NCBI GenBank assembly: GCA_023150835.1
Contig: JAKLKB010000003.1
Location: forward strand, 46,607 to 110,606
DNA length: 64,000 bases
Direction of reading: 5' to 3'
DNA from: Myxococcota bacterium
Lineage (GTDB): Bacteria > Myxococcota_C > UBA6777
The position numbers and the translations under genes were made by a program. Below are positions 20,983 to 31,068 of this stretch, piece after piece. The notes under the pieces are model-generated. The model was not told the origin of the DNA and searched no databases. It was given only the letters and a program-made list of their open reading frames with translations. Positions within the stretch are counted from its first letter, which is position 1; each line of letters begins with the position of its first letter.

Positions 20983-22701
20983 ATGTTCGATATCGTGATT
21001 CGCAATGGGTATATCGTCGATGGTACGGGCGCTTCGGGCCGCGTGGTGGATATCGCCATCGAAGGCGAAAAGATCGTCGCGATGGGTGCAGCGTTGGGGC
21101 CGGGAAAGCGTGAGATCGATGCAACGGGGTTTTTGGTGACGCCGGGCTGGGTGGATATGCACACCCATTACGACGGGCAAGTGACATGGGACCCTTATTT
21201 GACCCCCTCAAGCGAACACGGCGTGACCACCGTCGTGATGGGTAATTGCGGCGTGGGTTTCGCTCCCTGCCGCAAAGAAGACCGTGAATGGCTGATCAAC
21301 GTCATGGAAGGCGTCGAAGATATCCCGGGATCCGCTCTTTCCGAAGGCATCAAGTGGTCATGGGAAACCTTTCCCGAATACATGGACGCTCTCGCAGGCG
21401 AAAAGCACGCGATCGACTTCGGAACGCAGATCCCCCACAGTGCCTTGCGCGGCTGGGTCATGGGCCAAGACAGTTCCGAACAAGACGACGCCACCCCCGA
21501 ACAGATCGAAGCGATGCGCAAGCTCGTCACCGAAGCCCTTCAGGCGGGCGCATTGGGCTTTTCCACTTCGCGCACTTCACTTCATCGCACCGCCAAAGGG
21601 GTCTTGGTCGCCGGCACAAACGCCAAACGCGACGAACTCTTTGGGATCGCACAAGCCCTCAAAGAAACGGGCCTTGGGGTCTTTGAGTGCGCAAGCGAAC
21701 ACCTTTCTGTCCCCGAAGAATTCTTGTGGATGCGCGAGATGGCGCAAACCATCCAACGCCCCGTAGTTTTCAATCTCTCTCAAACCGATCAAGCCCCCCA
21801 TCTTTGGCGTCATCTGCTTGAAACGCTCGAAGATGCCGAACAAAAAGATATCCCTGTTTACGGCCAAGTCGCAGGACGCGCCATCGGCATCGTCATGAAC
21901 TGGCAAGCCACCGTTCATCCGTTCGTTTCCTATGAAGCGTGGATGCAGATCATGCAACAGCCTTGGGAAGTCAAACGCAAGCGCGTCATGGACCCTGCCT
22001 TCAAAGCAGAGCTACTCGCCCAAGAACCTTATGATCTGTGGGAGTTTGCCAACTTCGTCACTCGTTCGTTTCACAAGATGTTTCCGATGAAAGATGGTTC
22101 TTCCTACGAGCCCGACATCAGCGAAAGCGTTGCCGCACGCGCCAAACGAGAAGGCCGCTCTCCCAAAGAGATCGCCTTCGAGATGTTGATGGAAAACGAC
22201 GGCAACGGGATGATCTACTTTCCGCTGTTCAACTACACCGACAACAGCCTCGATCACCTCCACACCCTCCACAGCCACCCACGAACGCTGATGGGCCTTA
22301 GCGATGGAGGCGCCCACTGTGGCGCGATCTGTGACGCAGGGATGCCCACCTTTATGCTGACCCATTGGACCCGCGACCGCAAACGCGGCGAAAAACTCTC
22401 GCTCGAATACATGGTGATGCGCCAAACCAGTCAAACAGCCCGATTCTACGGCCTTGAAGATCGCGGTGTCCTTGCCCCGGGATACCTCGCCGATATCAAC
22501 ATCATCGACTACGACAACCTCCGCCTTGGCGTCCCCCAAGTCGTCTATGATCTCCCTGCGGGCGGAAAACGCTTGCTTCAACACGCCACAGGTTACAAAG
22601 CCACCCTCAAAAGCGGACAAATCATCCTCCAAGACGGCCAACCCACGGGCGCTTTGCCCGGAAAACTTATCCGTGGATCTCAACCCGCCCCCCACAAATA
22701 A
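20983..22701 (+). CDS. N-acyl-D-amino-acid deacylase (D-aminoacylase), amidohydrolase superfamily
   Basis: The N-terminus MFDIVIRNGYIVDGTG...TPGWVDMHTHYDGQVTWDP is the characteristic D-aminoacylase metal-binding start (HxH). Length 572 aa. RBS GAGAGGG. Confidence 0.85.
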   Translation: MFDIVIRNGYIVDGTGASGRVVDIAIEGEKIVAMGAALGPGKREIDATGFLVTPGWVDMHTHYDGQVTWDPYLTPSSEHGVTTVVMGNCGVGFAPCRKEDREWLINVMEGVEDIPGSALSEGIKWSWETFPEYMDALAGEKHAIDFGTQIPHSALRGWVMGQDSSEQDDATPEQIEAMRKLVTEALQAGALGFSTSRTSLHRTAKGVLVAGTNAKRDELFGIAQALKETGLGVFECASEHLSVPEEFLWMREMAQTIQRPVVFNLSQTDQAPHLWRHLLETLEDAEQKDIPVYGQVAGRAIGIVMNWQATVHPFVSYEAWMQIMQQPWEVKRKRVMDPAFKAELLAQEPYDLWEFANFVTRSFHKMFPMKDGSSYEPDISESVAARAKREGRSPKEIAFEMLMENDGNGMIYFPLFNYTDNSLDHLHTLHSHPRTLMGLSDGGAHCGAICDAGMPTFMLTHWTRDRKRGEKLSLEYMVMRQTSQTARFYGLEDRGVLAPGYLADINIIDYDNLRLGVPQVVYDLPAGGKRLLQHATGYKATLKSGQIILQDGQPTGALPGKLIRGSQPAPHK

Positions 22702-22924
22702 TCCGCTCCAAAAATCGAACATTCTGAACCTTCGCATCTTTCCACTTTGCCGATATCTCCGAAGTGATCACGGGAGAAGAAGTCAGAGCCACGGCATATT
22801 CGCCATCGAGGATCTCCGATGGTTGAGGGCCACAAGCCACAACGCTCAGCAACAAGCCCCCCAAAAACAGCCCAAAAGCCCATCGCCTCGCAGAAGCCGA
22901 GGACTTGGAACCGTGAGATCGAGA
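22667..22924 (-). CDS. Possible small lipoprotein (85 aa)
   Basis: MSRSHGSKSSASARRWAFGLFLGGLLLSVVACGPQ is a signal peptide with a VVAC lipobox. The gene is convergent with and slightly overlaps the D-aminoacylase 3' end. There is no further support. Confidence 0.3.
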   Translation of the reverse strand, partial: SRSHGSKSSASARRWAFGLFLGGLLLSVVACGPQPSEILDGEYAVALTSSPVITSEISAKWKDAKVQNVRFLERIICGGRVEIHG

Positions 22925-23015
22925 CATCAAACCAAACAAAACATCAGACAACATCGCCGTTCACCCTTTCTCAGAGAAAAATACTTTTTGATTCGATCAG
23001 ACTTACTCGGATCGT

Positions 23016-23140
23016 TTTGTGGGTCATTGCCCCACACCCCACAAGGGAGCTTTGGCCCTTTGACCCCGTGAGAGGCGAAAAGAGCAAAGGTTTTTCAAAC
23101 CAACGACGGTGTCGCTTGAACCTCCGCGAACACGGAGTTT
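23016..23140 (+). repeat. Structured intergenic repeat family 1, copy B
   Basis: gttttgtgggtcattgccccacaccccacaagggagctttggccctttgaccccgtg...caaaccaacgacggtgtcgcttgaacctccgcgaacacgg. Confidence 0.8.
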
Positions 23141-23403
23141 TGTCAACCGCGTCATCCAGATGACCCGATCTGCTCTGGGCGCTTCGCCCCTACAACAAAA
23201 AGCACACCACATCTCAAAAAAACAAAAAAGAATCAAAAGGCAAAGCACTTATCAGACACGGATTGTTTTTTCTGCGTTGGTTTGCGCTTCGGTATCGGAG
23301 GGCTGTATGCCATGCAAAACGGCAAACAAAAAAGAGAGTGTATGCGAAAACATACATATCGCCTATTCCGAGAGATCGTCTGCTTTGGGGGCTGTTGAGG
23401 CGA

Positions 23404-24717
23404 TTATCCAGCGCGCTCCGCTTCGGCCATCGCCATCATCACCAAAGTTGCCGCGATCAATGGGATATTTTTGGTGAGTGGGCCAAAGGGATGCACCCAA
23501 AACGACGGGCTCCCGTACGTCAAGATCCCCATAAATCCAAACATCAACAAAAGCTGCAAAGCCCCCATCCATCGGAGCCGAAACCCGATCGCGGTGCAGA
23601 TCCCCAAAACGATCTCGAGATAACTCGTCCCATACAACGCGATCTTTGCAAGGATGCCCGTCAAGCCAACGCCCGCAAGCAACTTGAGGCTCTCTTGTTC
23701 GGGGTAGATCCAAGCCGAGACGATGCCTGTTGCGATCCAGATGAACGCCACAGACCACTGCACAACAAGACGCAACGGTGTTAAATAAGCTGCCCATCGG
23801 GCTTCTACGCTGCGCGGCCTGCGAGAGATCCCCAATGCAAACGGCATCGGTGAAAAACCAAAGATCTGCACAAACCGCGTGTTGTCACAATGATTGCCCC
23901 GCAACAACATACCCAATTCATCGCGTGATATCGGACCTCTTCCGCCAAGCAGATCGGTGATCCAAGCCAGCACGCTCATCCACCACAACGGCAGATGCAG
24001 CCGAAACGCGCCGTTGTTTTTTCCCAACCAGACAGCCAAGGTGTCCAACATCGCGTTAAAAGAAAGCGCCTCCGCTCCGCCTACATCCACCGCAACATCC
24101 GCGATATCGTCGTCTTCAACGGCTCGCGTGATGGCGCTGACCAGATCTTCCACATGGATCGGTTGCACAAGGTACTCTCCATCCCCAACCACGGGCGTCA
24201 CAGGCAGCGCAGCCAACGAAGTAAAAAAAGTCATCGAGTGATCTTGCGGGCCGTACACAAAGGACGGACGCAACACAACGTAGGGGATCCCCAAGCTCGC
24301 AAGATGCTGATCTGCGGCGCGTTTGCTTTGGTGGTAGTGACTTTTGGCCCCTTCATCCGCCCCCAACGCGCTAAGTTGAATGATCTTTTTTATACCCGCC
24401 TGTTTTGCCGCATCAAAAAACGCGATCGGAGCGGCCTGATGCAAGATATCAAATCGCGCCTCACCTTGTTCGCGGATGATCCCCACAAGGTTGATCGCGA
24501 TATCATGGCCTTGCAAAGAGTTCGCCCATGCGGCGGGTTGCGCAAATTCCCCCGCCACACACCGCACGCCCGACCACTGCATCTGCTCGACCCATCCGAC
24601 TTGCTTTCCCCGCAACAACACCGTCACTCGATGGCCCCGTTTCGATAGCGCTTCCAACACATGACGACCGATAAATCCGCTTCCACCCGTTAGAAAAATC
24701 GTCTTTCCTTCTGGCAT
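23404..24717 (-). CDS. Atypical SDR NAD(P)-binding epimerase/dehydratase-like domain fused to C-terminal DoxX-like membrane domain
   Basis: The start MPEGKTIFLTGGSGFIGRHV has a GAGGG RBS and a TGGxGxxG Rossmann motif. The C-terminal ~130 aa form 3-4 TM helices typical of DoxX. Confidence 0.7.
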   Translation of the reverse strand: MPEGKTIFLTGGSGFIGRHVLEALSKRGHRVTVLLRGKQVGWVEQMQWSGVRCVAGEFAQPAAWANSLQGHDIAINLVGIIREQGEARFDILHQAAPIAFFDAAKQAGIKKIIQLSALGADEGAKSHYHQSKRAADQHLASLGIPYVVLRPSFVYGPQDHSMTFFTSLAALPVTPVVGDGEYLVQPIHVEDLVSAITRAVEDDDIADVAVDVGGAEALSFNAMLDTLAVWLGKNNGAFRLHLPLWWMSVLAWITDLLGGRGPISRDELGMLLRGNHCDNTRFVQIFGFSPMPFALGISRRPRSVEARWAAYLTPLRLVVQWSVAFIWIATGIVSAWIYPEQESLKLLAGVGLTGILAKIALYGTSYLEIVLGICTAIGFRLRWMGALQLLLMFGFMGILTYGSPSFWVHPFGPLTKNIPLIAATLVMMAMAEAERAG

Positions 24718-24856
24718 CACACCCTCGCTCTTCGTTCCCAAAAAATGCGCTTGACGTCCACAGCCAGATGCTGCAACTCTTCCCATGACGCGCCAAAAGA
24801 CCATACATCGCTTTGTCTTTTTTCAATAGGACACAACGGGCAAGGAATTCTTTGAC

Positions 24857-25333
24857 ATGACTTCTTTCTATTTGCTTTTAAAAACCATCCATATCCTCGC
24901 AGCAACCTTGTTTTTCGGCACAGGATTAGGGAGTGCTTTTTTTAAGTTCCGCGCCGATCAAAGCGGAAAGATCGAGGATATCGTGTTTGCACAAAAGAAT
25001 ATCGTCCTTGCAGACTGGCTTTTCACCATCCCTTCGGGGATCTTGCTTCCCCTGACGGGTTTGTGGATGGTTTGGTATCTCGGTATCCCACTAACAACAC
25101 CTTGGATTATGGCGGGCCTTGGGCTGTATGCGCTTGCGGGCCTTTGTTGGGTGCCTGCCGCCTTGATGCAGATCTGGATGCGTGAAGCCGCCCTCCACGC
25201 CCAAGCCACACAAACGCCCCTCCCACCGCGCTATCACACATGGGCCTTGTGGTGGCTTCTGCTCGGCTTCCCTGCTTTTGGAGCGTCCGTTTGGACCATC
25301 TACATCATGGTCTCCAAACGTTTCCCTTGGTGA
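24857..25333 (+). CDS. Small integral membrane protein (DUF2269-like, 4 TM)
   Basis: 158 aa with four hydrophobic helices. The family assignment is from memory only. Confidence 0.55.
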   Translation: MTSFYLLLKTIHILAATLFFGTGLGSAFFKFRADQSGKIEDIVFAQKNIVLADWLFTIPSGILLPLTGLWMVWYLGIPLTTPWIMAGLGLYALAGLCWVPAALMQIWMREAALHAQATQTPLPPRYHTWALWWLLLGFPAFGASVWTIYIMVSKRFPW

Positions 25334-25610
25334 AAAATCGCCCAACACACAGATATCTCGCTTTTTCCGCCGCCCCCATACTCCCCAAGTACTTTCCTTG
25401 GGGCCTCAAAAGCACGTTTTTTCCCCTCCTGCGTATATCCCCGCAAGCCCGCTCTCCCCTTTTCTCACCTCTCGCAAAGGAGCCTTGATGACCCCTCACA
25501 ACACACGCCCCCTGTCCTCTACAACCTCCGCCCTAGAAACCAAACAAAGTACAAACAAAGTTTGTTTTTTTCATGGCATCACTTCTATTTGGACTGATGC
25601 AGTTAAATGG

Positions 25611-25735
25611 TTTTGTGGGGTTCCACCCCACACCCCGCAAGGGAGCGCGGCTCCCTTGACCCCGTGTTGGGCGAACAGGTCACTGTTTTCCAAACCAACG
25701 ACGCTCTCGCTTGGATGGGTGCGAACACGGCTTTT
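25611..25735 (+). repeat. Structured intergenic repeat family 1, copy C
   Basis: This is the most canonical copy: ggttttgtggggttccaccccacaccccgcaagggagcgcggctcccttgaccccgtgttgggcgaacag...caaaccaacgacgctctcgcttggatgggtgcgaacacggc. Confidence 0.85.
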
Positions 25736-26315
25736 TTTGGGCCGACTGCGTCGCTCCTATTCAATATTCATCCCTTGTCTTTTTTCTTTATTCGCTTTTT
25801 TTATCTGTTTCCTTGAAGATCCTGCGCCATCCTACGCGTCTTCCGTCACGTCTGCTCGTCTTCGGTGTTGGCCGATCAAAAAAAACCACAAAAGCGGGCG
25901 TATTGAAGTCACTTGGAGCCATCATTGCGCAGGAGGCCGAACTTGCAGCAAAAGAATCGATATCACGCTGCAACTCAACAGGAAATGGTACAACGAAAGC
26001 ATCGATTATCCGACGTATCCCGCTCAAAAAAATGGGGTTCAGTCCGAGGCTTTTGGGTGTTGGAAGTCCAAAAAGAAGTACTTTCGTTATCGCTTTACGC
26101 GCTGGGGAAAACGGCGGATCAGTATCGAGATCTCTCCCGAGCGTAATGAGTACAAATTGCGTCTGCATATCAGACGAAAACACCCGATCCAAACGGGCGG
26201 CTGGTTGGGAGGGTTGCGCTGTCAAATCCACCACCGCGCACTGACGTTTCGTCGCTGTCCCCCACAGCCACCCTCGCCGCGTTAAGTATCGCTGCTCTCA
26301 AAAGAAAGGTATCTC

Positions 26316-26786
26316 ATGCGAAATCAATGGTTGACCCTCATCGGCCTTGGGTGCTTGGGGCTTTTTGCAGCCTGCGAAAAAAAAGAACCCGATCATCTTT
26401 GGTTGCGCGGTAATGCAACGCAACGAATCCTCACTCTTGCCAAGCACCACCGAGGGAACGACGTGGTGATGATGGAAGTGCGTTACCGCCACGAACAACT
26501 CTACCTTGCGATCCAAAGCAAGAACACAAATTATGCGATGTATCAGCTCAACAAAATAGAGAACGTCATGCGACACGGCGCAGAACGTCGCCCAAAAAGA
26601 AAGAAATCCTATGATTGGTTCTTTCAAACCGCCCTCCCGCCGATGAAAGCCAGTCTGGAGAAAAAGTACCAACCTGATATCGCCTTCCAGCAGTTCACTG
26701 CTCAGTGCATGGCTTGCCACATCAAAGAAAAGCTGCCCTACATCCCCGTCCCACAGCCTTGGGAAAAGCGCCGACTCCCCCCTTGA
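26316..26786 (+). CDS. Class II c-type cytochrome (cytochrome c'-like) lipoprotein
   Basis: Signal peptide with an LFAAC lipobox. A single CxxCH (CMACH) lies near the C-terminus of a ~130-aa helical protein, which is the cytochrome c' / c-556 arrangement. Confidence 0.55.
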   Translation: MRNQWLTLIGLGCLGLFAACEKKEPDHLWLRGNATQRILTLAKHHRGNDVVMMEVRYRHEQLYLAIQSKNTNYAMYQLNKIENVMRHGAERRPKRKKSYDWFFQTALPPMKASLEKKYQPDIAFQQFTAQCMACHIKEKLPYIPVPQPWEKRRLPP

Positions 26787-26837
26787 TCGGAGACCACCCA
26801 AAAGACCTCCTCACATCTTCTACGAGATCCGCCCATC

Positions 26838-26935
26838 GTGTGATCGTAAAGCGTAGAAGCAGCCCCTGTGGCTGCCCGATAACAGGGCATCTGCGTACGA
26901 TTCTTTGTGTACGTCGCTCGGATATCGTAGGACAT
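26838..26935 (+). repeat. Palindromic repeat family 2, copy 1 (immediately 3' of cytochrome gene; terminator-like GC hairpin)
   Basis: tgtgatcg ... gtag.agcagcc-cctgt-ggctgccc ... acagggc ... ggatatcg is shared with the copies at 34125 and 37041. Confidence 0.75.
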
Positions 26936-26952
26936 CACGGGCAGATCTCGTA

Positions 26953-27795
26953 TCAATGCACAAGATATCCCCACCCAGTCTCGGGATAGACGTTCATGTG
27001 ATAAAACTCGCCCGGGATCTCGATCTGTTTTCGCCAAGCCACCAACAGCGCGTATGCAGCGCGATGAAGAAGATCAAGCCGTTCAAAGATCCGCCCAAGC
27101 ACCGACGGCATCAACGGGGCTGCTCCTTTGTGACATTGGATCGCAAGCGAAACCACTTCTTCGAGCGCTCCGTCTTCGCGCAAGAAAAACGGCCACGCTT
27201 GCGTTGCGCCCCAGACTTCGGTCAAACCGCGCTCAAGGCTCGCAAGATGCTCATGGATCGTTGTCCAAAAGCTCCCGACATCCCGTATCGTCCGACTGCA
27301 CAGCACTTGATGGAAAGCCAACAAGCGCTCGACAGGGCCTTCTTGACAAAGCCCTTGGCGGTAGGCTCCCAAAGCACCGAGAAAGCGGGGTTCTTGGTGA
27401 AACAGAAAATGCGTCTCTCGAAAAGCGCTTTGCCACTCAGGTTTTTCAAGCGCCCGCTTGGTAATTCCCCGATCGCGCATAAACGGGCGCGCTTCTTGGC
27501 GGCTCGCCAACAGCGGCAGATTGCAACGCGTCGCCAAAACATCCAACAGCCGCTCCAAGTAAAACAGCGCGATATGGCTCCCCACCAAGCCATTTTCTGC
27601 GTGCATCTTGAAAAAAATCTGCGCGCCATACGAAGCAGGTCTTACTTCGATGTCACGAAAAACGATCTCTTCTGCAAAAAAAGCCTCGACTTCTTCGAGC
27701 TGAAATCGCGTACTGATCACGAACGATCCGTACACCTGCAAATCAAAATGCCAGATCGGACGATCGGCTTCCTTGCCTGCCATGGAATCAACCAT
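26953..27795 (-). CDS. Hypothetical protein (280 aa)
   Basis: A long ORF directly downstream of and co-oriented with the SUKH gene. No recognisable motifs. Confidence 0.5.
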   Translation of the reverse strand: MVDSMAGKEADRPIWHFDLQVYGSFVISTRFQLEEVEAFFAEEIVFRDIEVRPASYGAQIFFKMHAENGLVGSHIALFYLERLLDVLATRCNLPLLASRQEARPFMRDRGITKRALEKPEWQSAFRETHFLFHQEPRFLGALGAYRQGLCQEGPVERLLAFHQVLCSRTIRDVGSFWTTIHEHLASLERGLTEVWGATQAWPFFLREDGALEEVVSLAIQCHKGAAPLMPSVLGRIFERLDLLHRAAYALLVAWRKQIEIPGEFYHMNVYPETGWGYLVH

Positions 27796-27813
27796 CTTGA
27801 CTCATCGCTCCTC

Positions 27814-28329
27814 TCAATCCTCTTCGCTCAAAAGTGCGAAGACTTCGCCTTCTTCGATCACTTCGTAGTGACCCGCTTCCAGCCGATCAGCCAACCCCGC
27901 CAGCCAACGCCCAAACGAAGGGGCCACCACCACCCGATCATACGGATCGTGAAAGGCTTCCAAACACTCGCCTGTATCCATATCCAGCACCAAAAAATCC
28001 CCTCCCCCGTTGCCCAACACAGGCAACCACTCAGGCAGCCACTCGTAGTCTGGATTCTCTGCGGCGATCTGATTGTTCAACTTCCACTCCGCCAAGATAT
28101 CGCGTGTCCCCATCAAAAACCAACTCCCAAGCACATACGACTCATCCGAACCGTTGTTGCAAAACAAAACCGTCCGAATGTCGGAGGGGAGCCCTCGTCC
28201 CAAAGCCGTTTCCAGCGCATCGATCTGCTCATCGCTTGCAGCGGGTCGCAAAAAGTCATACGCCACAGGAAATTTCTCTTCCAAAAAATCAACCACTCTT
28301 TTCCATGATTTCAAAGCCAGATTCGCCAT
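27814..28329 (-). CDS. SMI1/KNR4 (SUKH-1) family protein, immunity-protein-like
   Basis: Internal start MANLALKSW with an AAAGGAA RBS; the longer ORF would run into repeat copy D. Motifs GLPSDIRTVLFCNNGSDE and LGNGGGDFLVLD match the SMI1_KNR4 pattern (LPxDY..FL..NGG ... GnGd.l.lD). Confidence 0.65.
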   Translation of the reverse strand: MANLALKSWKRVVDFLEEKFPVAYDFLRPAASDEQIDALETALGRGLPSDIRTVLFCNNGSDESYVLGSWFLMGTRDILAEWKLNNQIAAENPDYEWLPEWLPVLGNGGGDFLVLDMDTGECLEAFHDPYDRVVVAPSFGRWLAGLADRLEAGHYEVIEEGEVFALLSEED

Positions 28330-28374
28330 CCCATATTCCTTTCTTCTGTATAAATAGAAGTGACGCAGTTTCCA

Positions 28375-28500
28375 AAAAAGCCGTGTTCGCGAACGCCCAA
28401 GCGAGAGCGTCGTTGGTTTGAAAAACGATGCTCTGTTCGCCAATACAGGGTCAAGGGGGCAAAACTCCCTTGCAGGGCGTGGTACCTCGCCCCACAACGC
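28375..28500 (-). repeat. Structured intergenic repeat family 1, copy D (46 nt upstream of SUKH start)
   Basis: The reverse complement reads ggcgttgtggggcgaggtaccacgccctgcaagggagttttgcccccttgaccctgtattggcgaacagagcatcgtttttcaaaccaacgacgctctcgcttgggcgttcgcgaacacggc. Confidence 0.85.
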
Positions 28501-28536
28501 CATTCAACCTCGTCCATCCTATACAAATGTCGCTTT

Positions 28537-31068
28537 TCAAGACACCCATGAAACACGATCGATACGGTGGGCGTTTCGTCGCCTGCGCCACACACCCCAA
28601 CACAACCATCCCAACAGCCAAAAAGCCAGCCCCAAAGACTCTTGCGAAAGCACAGACTGACAAGAACATCCGAAGGCTCGGGGTTTGAACTCGGAGCCGT
28701 TGGGAACCAAGCAGACTTTCGTGCTATCGGGCTGTTGAACACAGATCGCATTGCCATCGCAGCTTCCGTCGCTACGACAAGGGCCACCAAAGGCCCCAGC
28801 CGCCCGTTCCGTTAGATCTCCGTCAAGCGGTCCGGCATCTGGGGGGCGCGATCCATCAGGAGGCCGTGACTCGGTGCTGCTTCCGCCTTCTTCACGAACG
28901 CTTGTGTTTTCTCCGCTATTTTCGCTTGTGCTTTCGGTACTTGCGTTCCCTTCGGGAGAACTCGCTTGGCAGAGACTATCCAAACACACCTGCCCTTGGG
29001 GACATCGACAATCTTGTGGGCAAGAGTCACATGCCTCTCCTTCTGCACAACGCCCGTCTCCACAATTCGCCAACGGCTTACACAGGCCGTTGTTGCAAGC
29101 TAAACCCTCTGGGCAAAGACAGTCGGCCTTACACGCATCGCATGTTTCGTTGTTGTCACAGATGCCGTTGCCACATTGCGGCTTATTTTCTTCGCATTTT
29201 CCTGCGTTGCAGATCTGTGTTGGCGGACACGCGCAATCTTGCGCACACGTCGCGCAATTTTCGCTTGCATCACACGCTCCGTTGCCGCACGTGGAAGGCG
29301 TGATGCAGATCCCTCCTTGACATTGTTGTCCGCTCGGGCAGGGGCAATCCTTTGGACACGAACTGCAATCCTCGTTGCCATCGCAGCTTCCGTTTCCACA
29401 AACGGCTCCTCCGCTTGGAATACAAAAATTCCCATCGCACGCATACCCTGTCGGACACGTACCGCCCCCGCGCTGTGCGCAAGCGCCAAGGCCCAGATTC
29501 CCCAGCACCTCTTTGTTGCAGTTGTATCCGCTCGCACAATCTGTATCCCCACGACACAAACAAAACGGCGTACCGCTGTTGATCCGCCCGCAAAGTCCGC
29601 CTGCTGCTGCTGCGCACGTACTGTTGCTCGAACAGCTCCGCAAACAAGCACTCAAACCGACGTTGTCGATGCAAGAAGTTCCCGCCGCACACGACGAACA
29701 AGACGAGCCGGGCGCTCCGTTCGGAAAGCCCCCTGTCCCTGTTCCACAAGCCACCGTACAGATCTGCCCCTTGGAAGTGTTTTGACAGATCGTCCCCGCC
29801 ACACACGGGATATTGGCATTGCAAGGCTGACCGAGGTTGGCGGGTTGTGCTTCGATACAAGCCTGATTCTTACAGACAAAACCTGCGGCGCAATCCGCAT
29901 CGCTCTGACACATTTTTTGGCAGCGACCATTTTGGCAAGTCTCGTTGCTCCCACATTCGTTGGTCGTTGCGCAAGGAGCATCGGGGCATTTGTTGGTGTC
30001 GGGCATACAAAGCATCGAAGCTCCCGAAGATTGGCACTTTGTACCCGAAGGACAACAGCCTGCGGCATCGCAGCGCAACAAACAGCGCGAACGGCCATCG
30101 ACTTGGGCGCAGGCACCACCACCACAATCGGCATCTTGACGGCATGGCTTACAGTTTTGGGGTGGGATGGGAAACGTCTTAGGGCCGCACTTTCCGCCTA
30201 CACAATCACGACACGTCCCGCACTGCGCCGCCGAAGTGCAGCCTGTGGTCGGGTAGATCGTACAAACCCCCGACTCTTCGTCCGAAGTGATGCCGTTAAA
30301 CAACGGCCCCACACCACGCACCGAAAAATACATCAGCGAAGAACGCGGGGCTGTATGTCCGAAACCAAGGGCATGACCGATCTCGTGCGCGGCAACGTCG
30401 GCAAAGTCCATCTCGTTGGCTTGTACGTTGGGCGTCATCCCCCACAAACGCCCCGAAGGAAGGGGGTTAAAAGCGATATCCGCATCGATCAACGAACCAT
30501 TCGATGACACCGCTGGTTGCGTCACCGCAAGCACCGAAGAAGGCAGCCGCATCGCCGACCAATCCGCACTCGACGGCAACCAACACACCAAACGCCGATC
30601 CGAAGGATTCCCTTTGGTGGTGGTTTGTCCCAGATAATTGTGCGCAAAGTCCGTACAACTCGGCTGCTTCCAAGCATCCCAAGCCGCTTTTAAAGTTGCC
30701 TCGATGGTGGTTCCTGTCTTGCCTTGGTATCCGCCCTGCCCGGGCATGTTGTTGAGGTTGAGATACCATCCCACAGGCAAAGCAGGCCACTTGTACGGAT
30801 TTCCGCCCACACATTCATTCTGCGCAGCGCAAGTCGCCAGTCCCGAACTCAGCGGATCACAACACGCATCCGCTCCGCCCGCGTTGCCGATCGTCGTGCG
30901 ACAAGAGGTCTGGGTTTGCTTGCATTGTCCGCCCGTCGTCAACGAGTGCCACGCCAAAGCCGCCGATGTACCAAAGAAAAACACCGATACACACAAACAG
31001 AAAAATACCGCACTCCACAAACCAAAGCCAAGTTCCGACCTCACCGTGCTACCCTCGTTGCGACTCAT
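28537..31068 (-). CDS. Secreted matrixin-like (metzincin) zinc metalloprotease with Cys-rich EGF-like region and MYXO-CTERM-type C-terminal anchor
   Basis: Signal peptide. HEIGHALGFGH matches HExxHxxGxxH, followed by a Met-turn-like LMYF. About 400 aa of Cys-rich modules follow. The C-terminus FGCSCQSVLSQESLGLAFWLLGWLCWGVWRRRRNAH is a GC motif, TM helix and Arg cluster. Confidence 0.8.
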   Translation of the reverse strand: MSRNEGSTVRSELGFGLWSAVFFCLCVSVFFFGTSAALAWHSLTTGGQCKQTQTSCRTTIGNAGGADACCDPLSSGLATCAAQNECVGGNPYKWPALPVGWYLNLNNMPGQGGYQGKTGTTIEATLKAAWDAWKQPSCTDFAHNYLGQTTTKGNPSDRRLVCWLPSSADWSAMRLPSSVLAVTQPAVSSNGSLIDADIAFNPLPSGRLWGMTPNVQANEMDFADVAAHEIGHALGFGHTAPRSSLMYFSVRGVGPLFNGITSDEESGVCTIYPTTGCTSAAQCGTCRDCVGGKCGPKTFPIPPQNCKPCRQDADCGGGACAQVDGRSRCLLRCDAAGCCPSGTKCQSSGASMLCMPDTNKCPDAPCATTNECGSNETCQNGRCQKMCQSDADCAAGFVCKNQACIEAQPANLGQPCNANIPCVAGTICQNTSKGQICTVACGTGTGGFPNGAPGSSCSSCAAGTSCIDNVGLSACLRSCSSNSTCAAAAGGLCGRINSGTPFCLCRGDTDCASGYNCNKEVLGNLGLGACAQRGGGTCPTGYACDGNFCIPSGGAVCGNGSCDGNEDCSSCPKDCPCPSGQQCQGGICITPSTCGNGACDASENCATCAQDCACPPTQICNAGKCEENKPQCGNGICDNNETCDACKADCLCPEGLACNNGLCKPLANCGDGRCAEGEACDSCPQDCRCPQGQVCLDSLCQASSPEGNASTESTSENSGENTSVREEGGSSTESRPPDGSRPPDAGPLDGDLTERAAGAFGGPCRSDGSCDGNAICVQQPDSTKVCLVPNGSEFKPRAFGCSCQSVLSQESLGLAFWLLGWLCWGVWRRRRNAHRIDRVSWVS

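Noticed and set aside
25182-26285. 367-aa plus-strand ORF spanning the DUF2269 gene, repeat copy C and the following spacer
   Set aside because: It runs through an annotated gene in another frame and through a structured repeat. It has no domain signal and its composition looks like read-through.
27814-28503. Long form of the SUKH ORF starting at 28503, and long form of the giant ORF starting at 12529
   Set aside because: Both N-terminal extensions would translate family-1 repeat copies. Internal ATGs with good RBSs (28329 and 12285) give sensible N-termini; for the giant ORF that N-terminus is a signal peptide.
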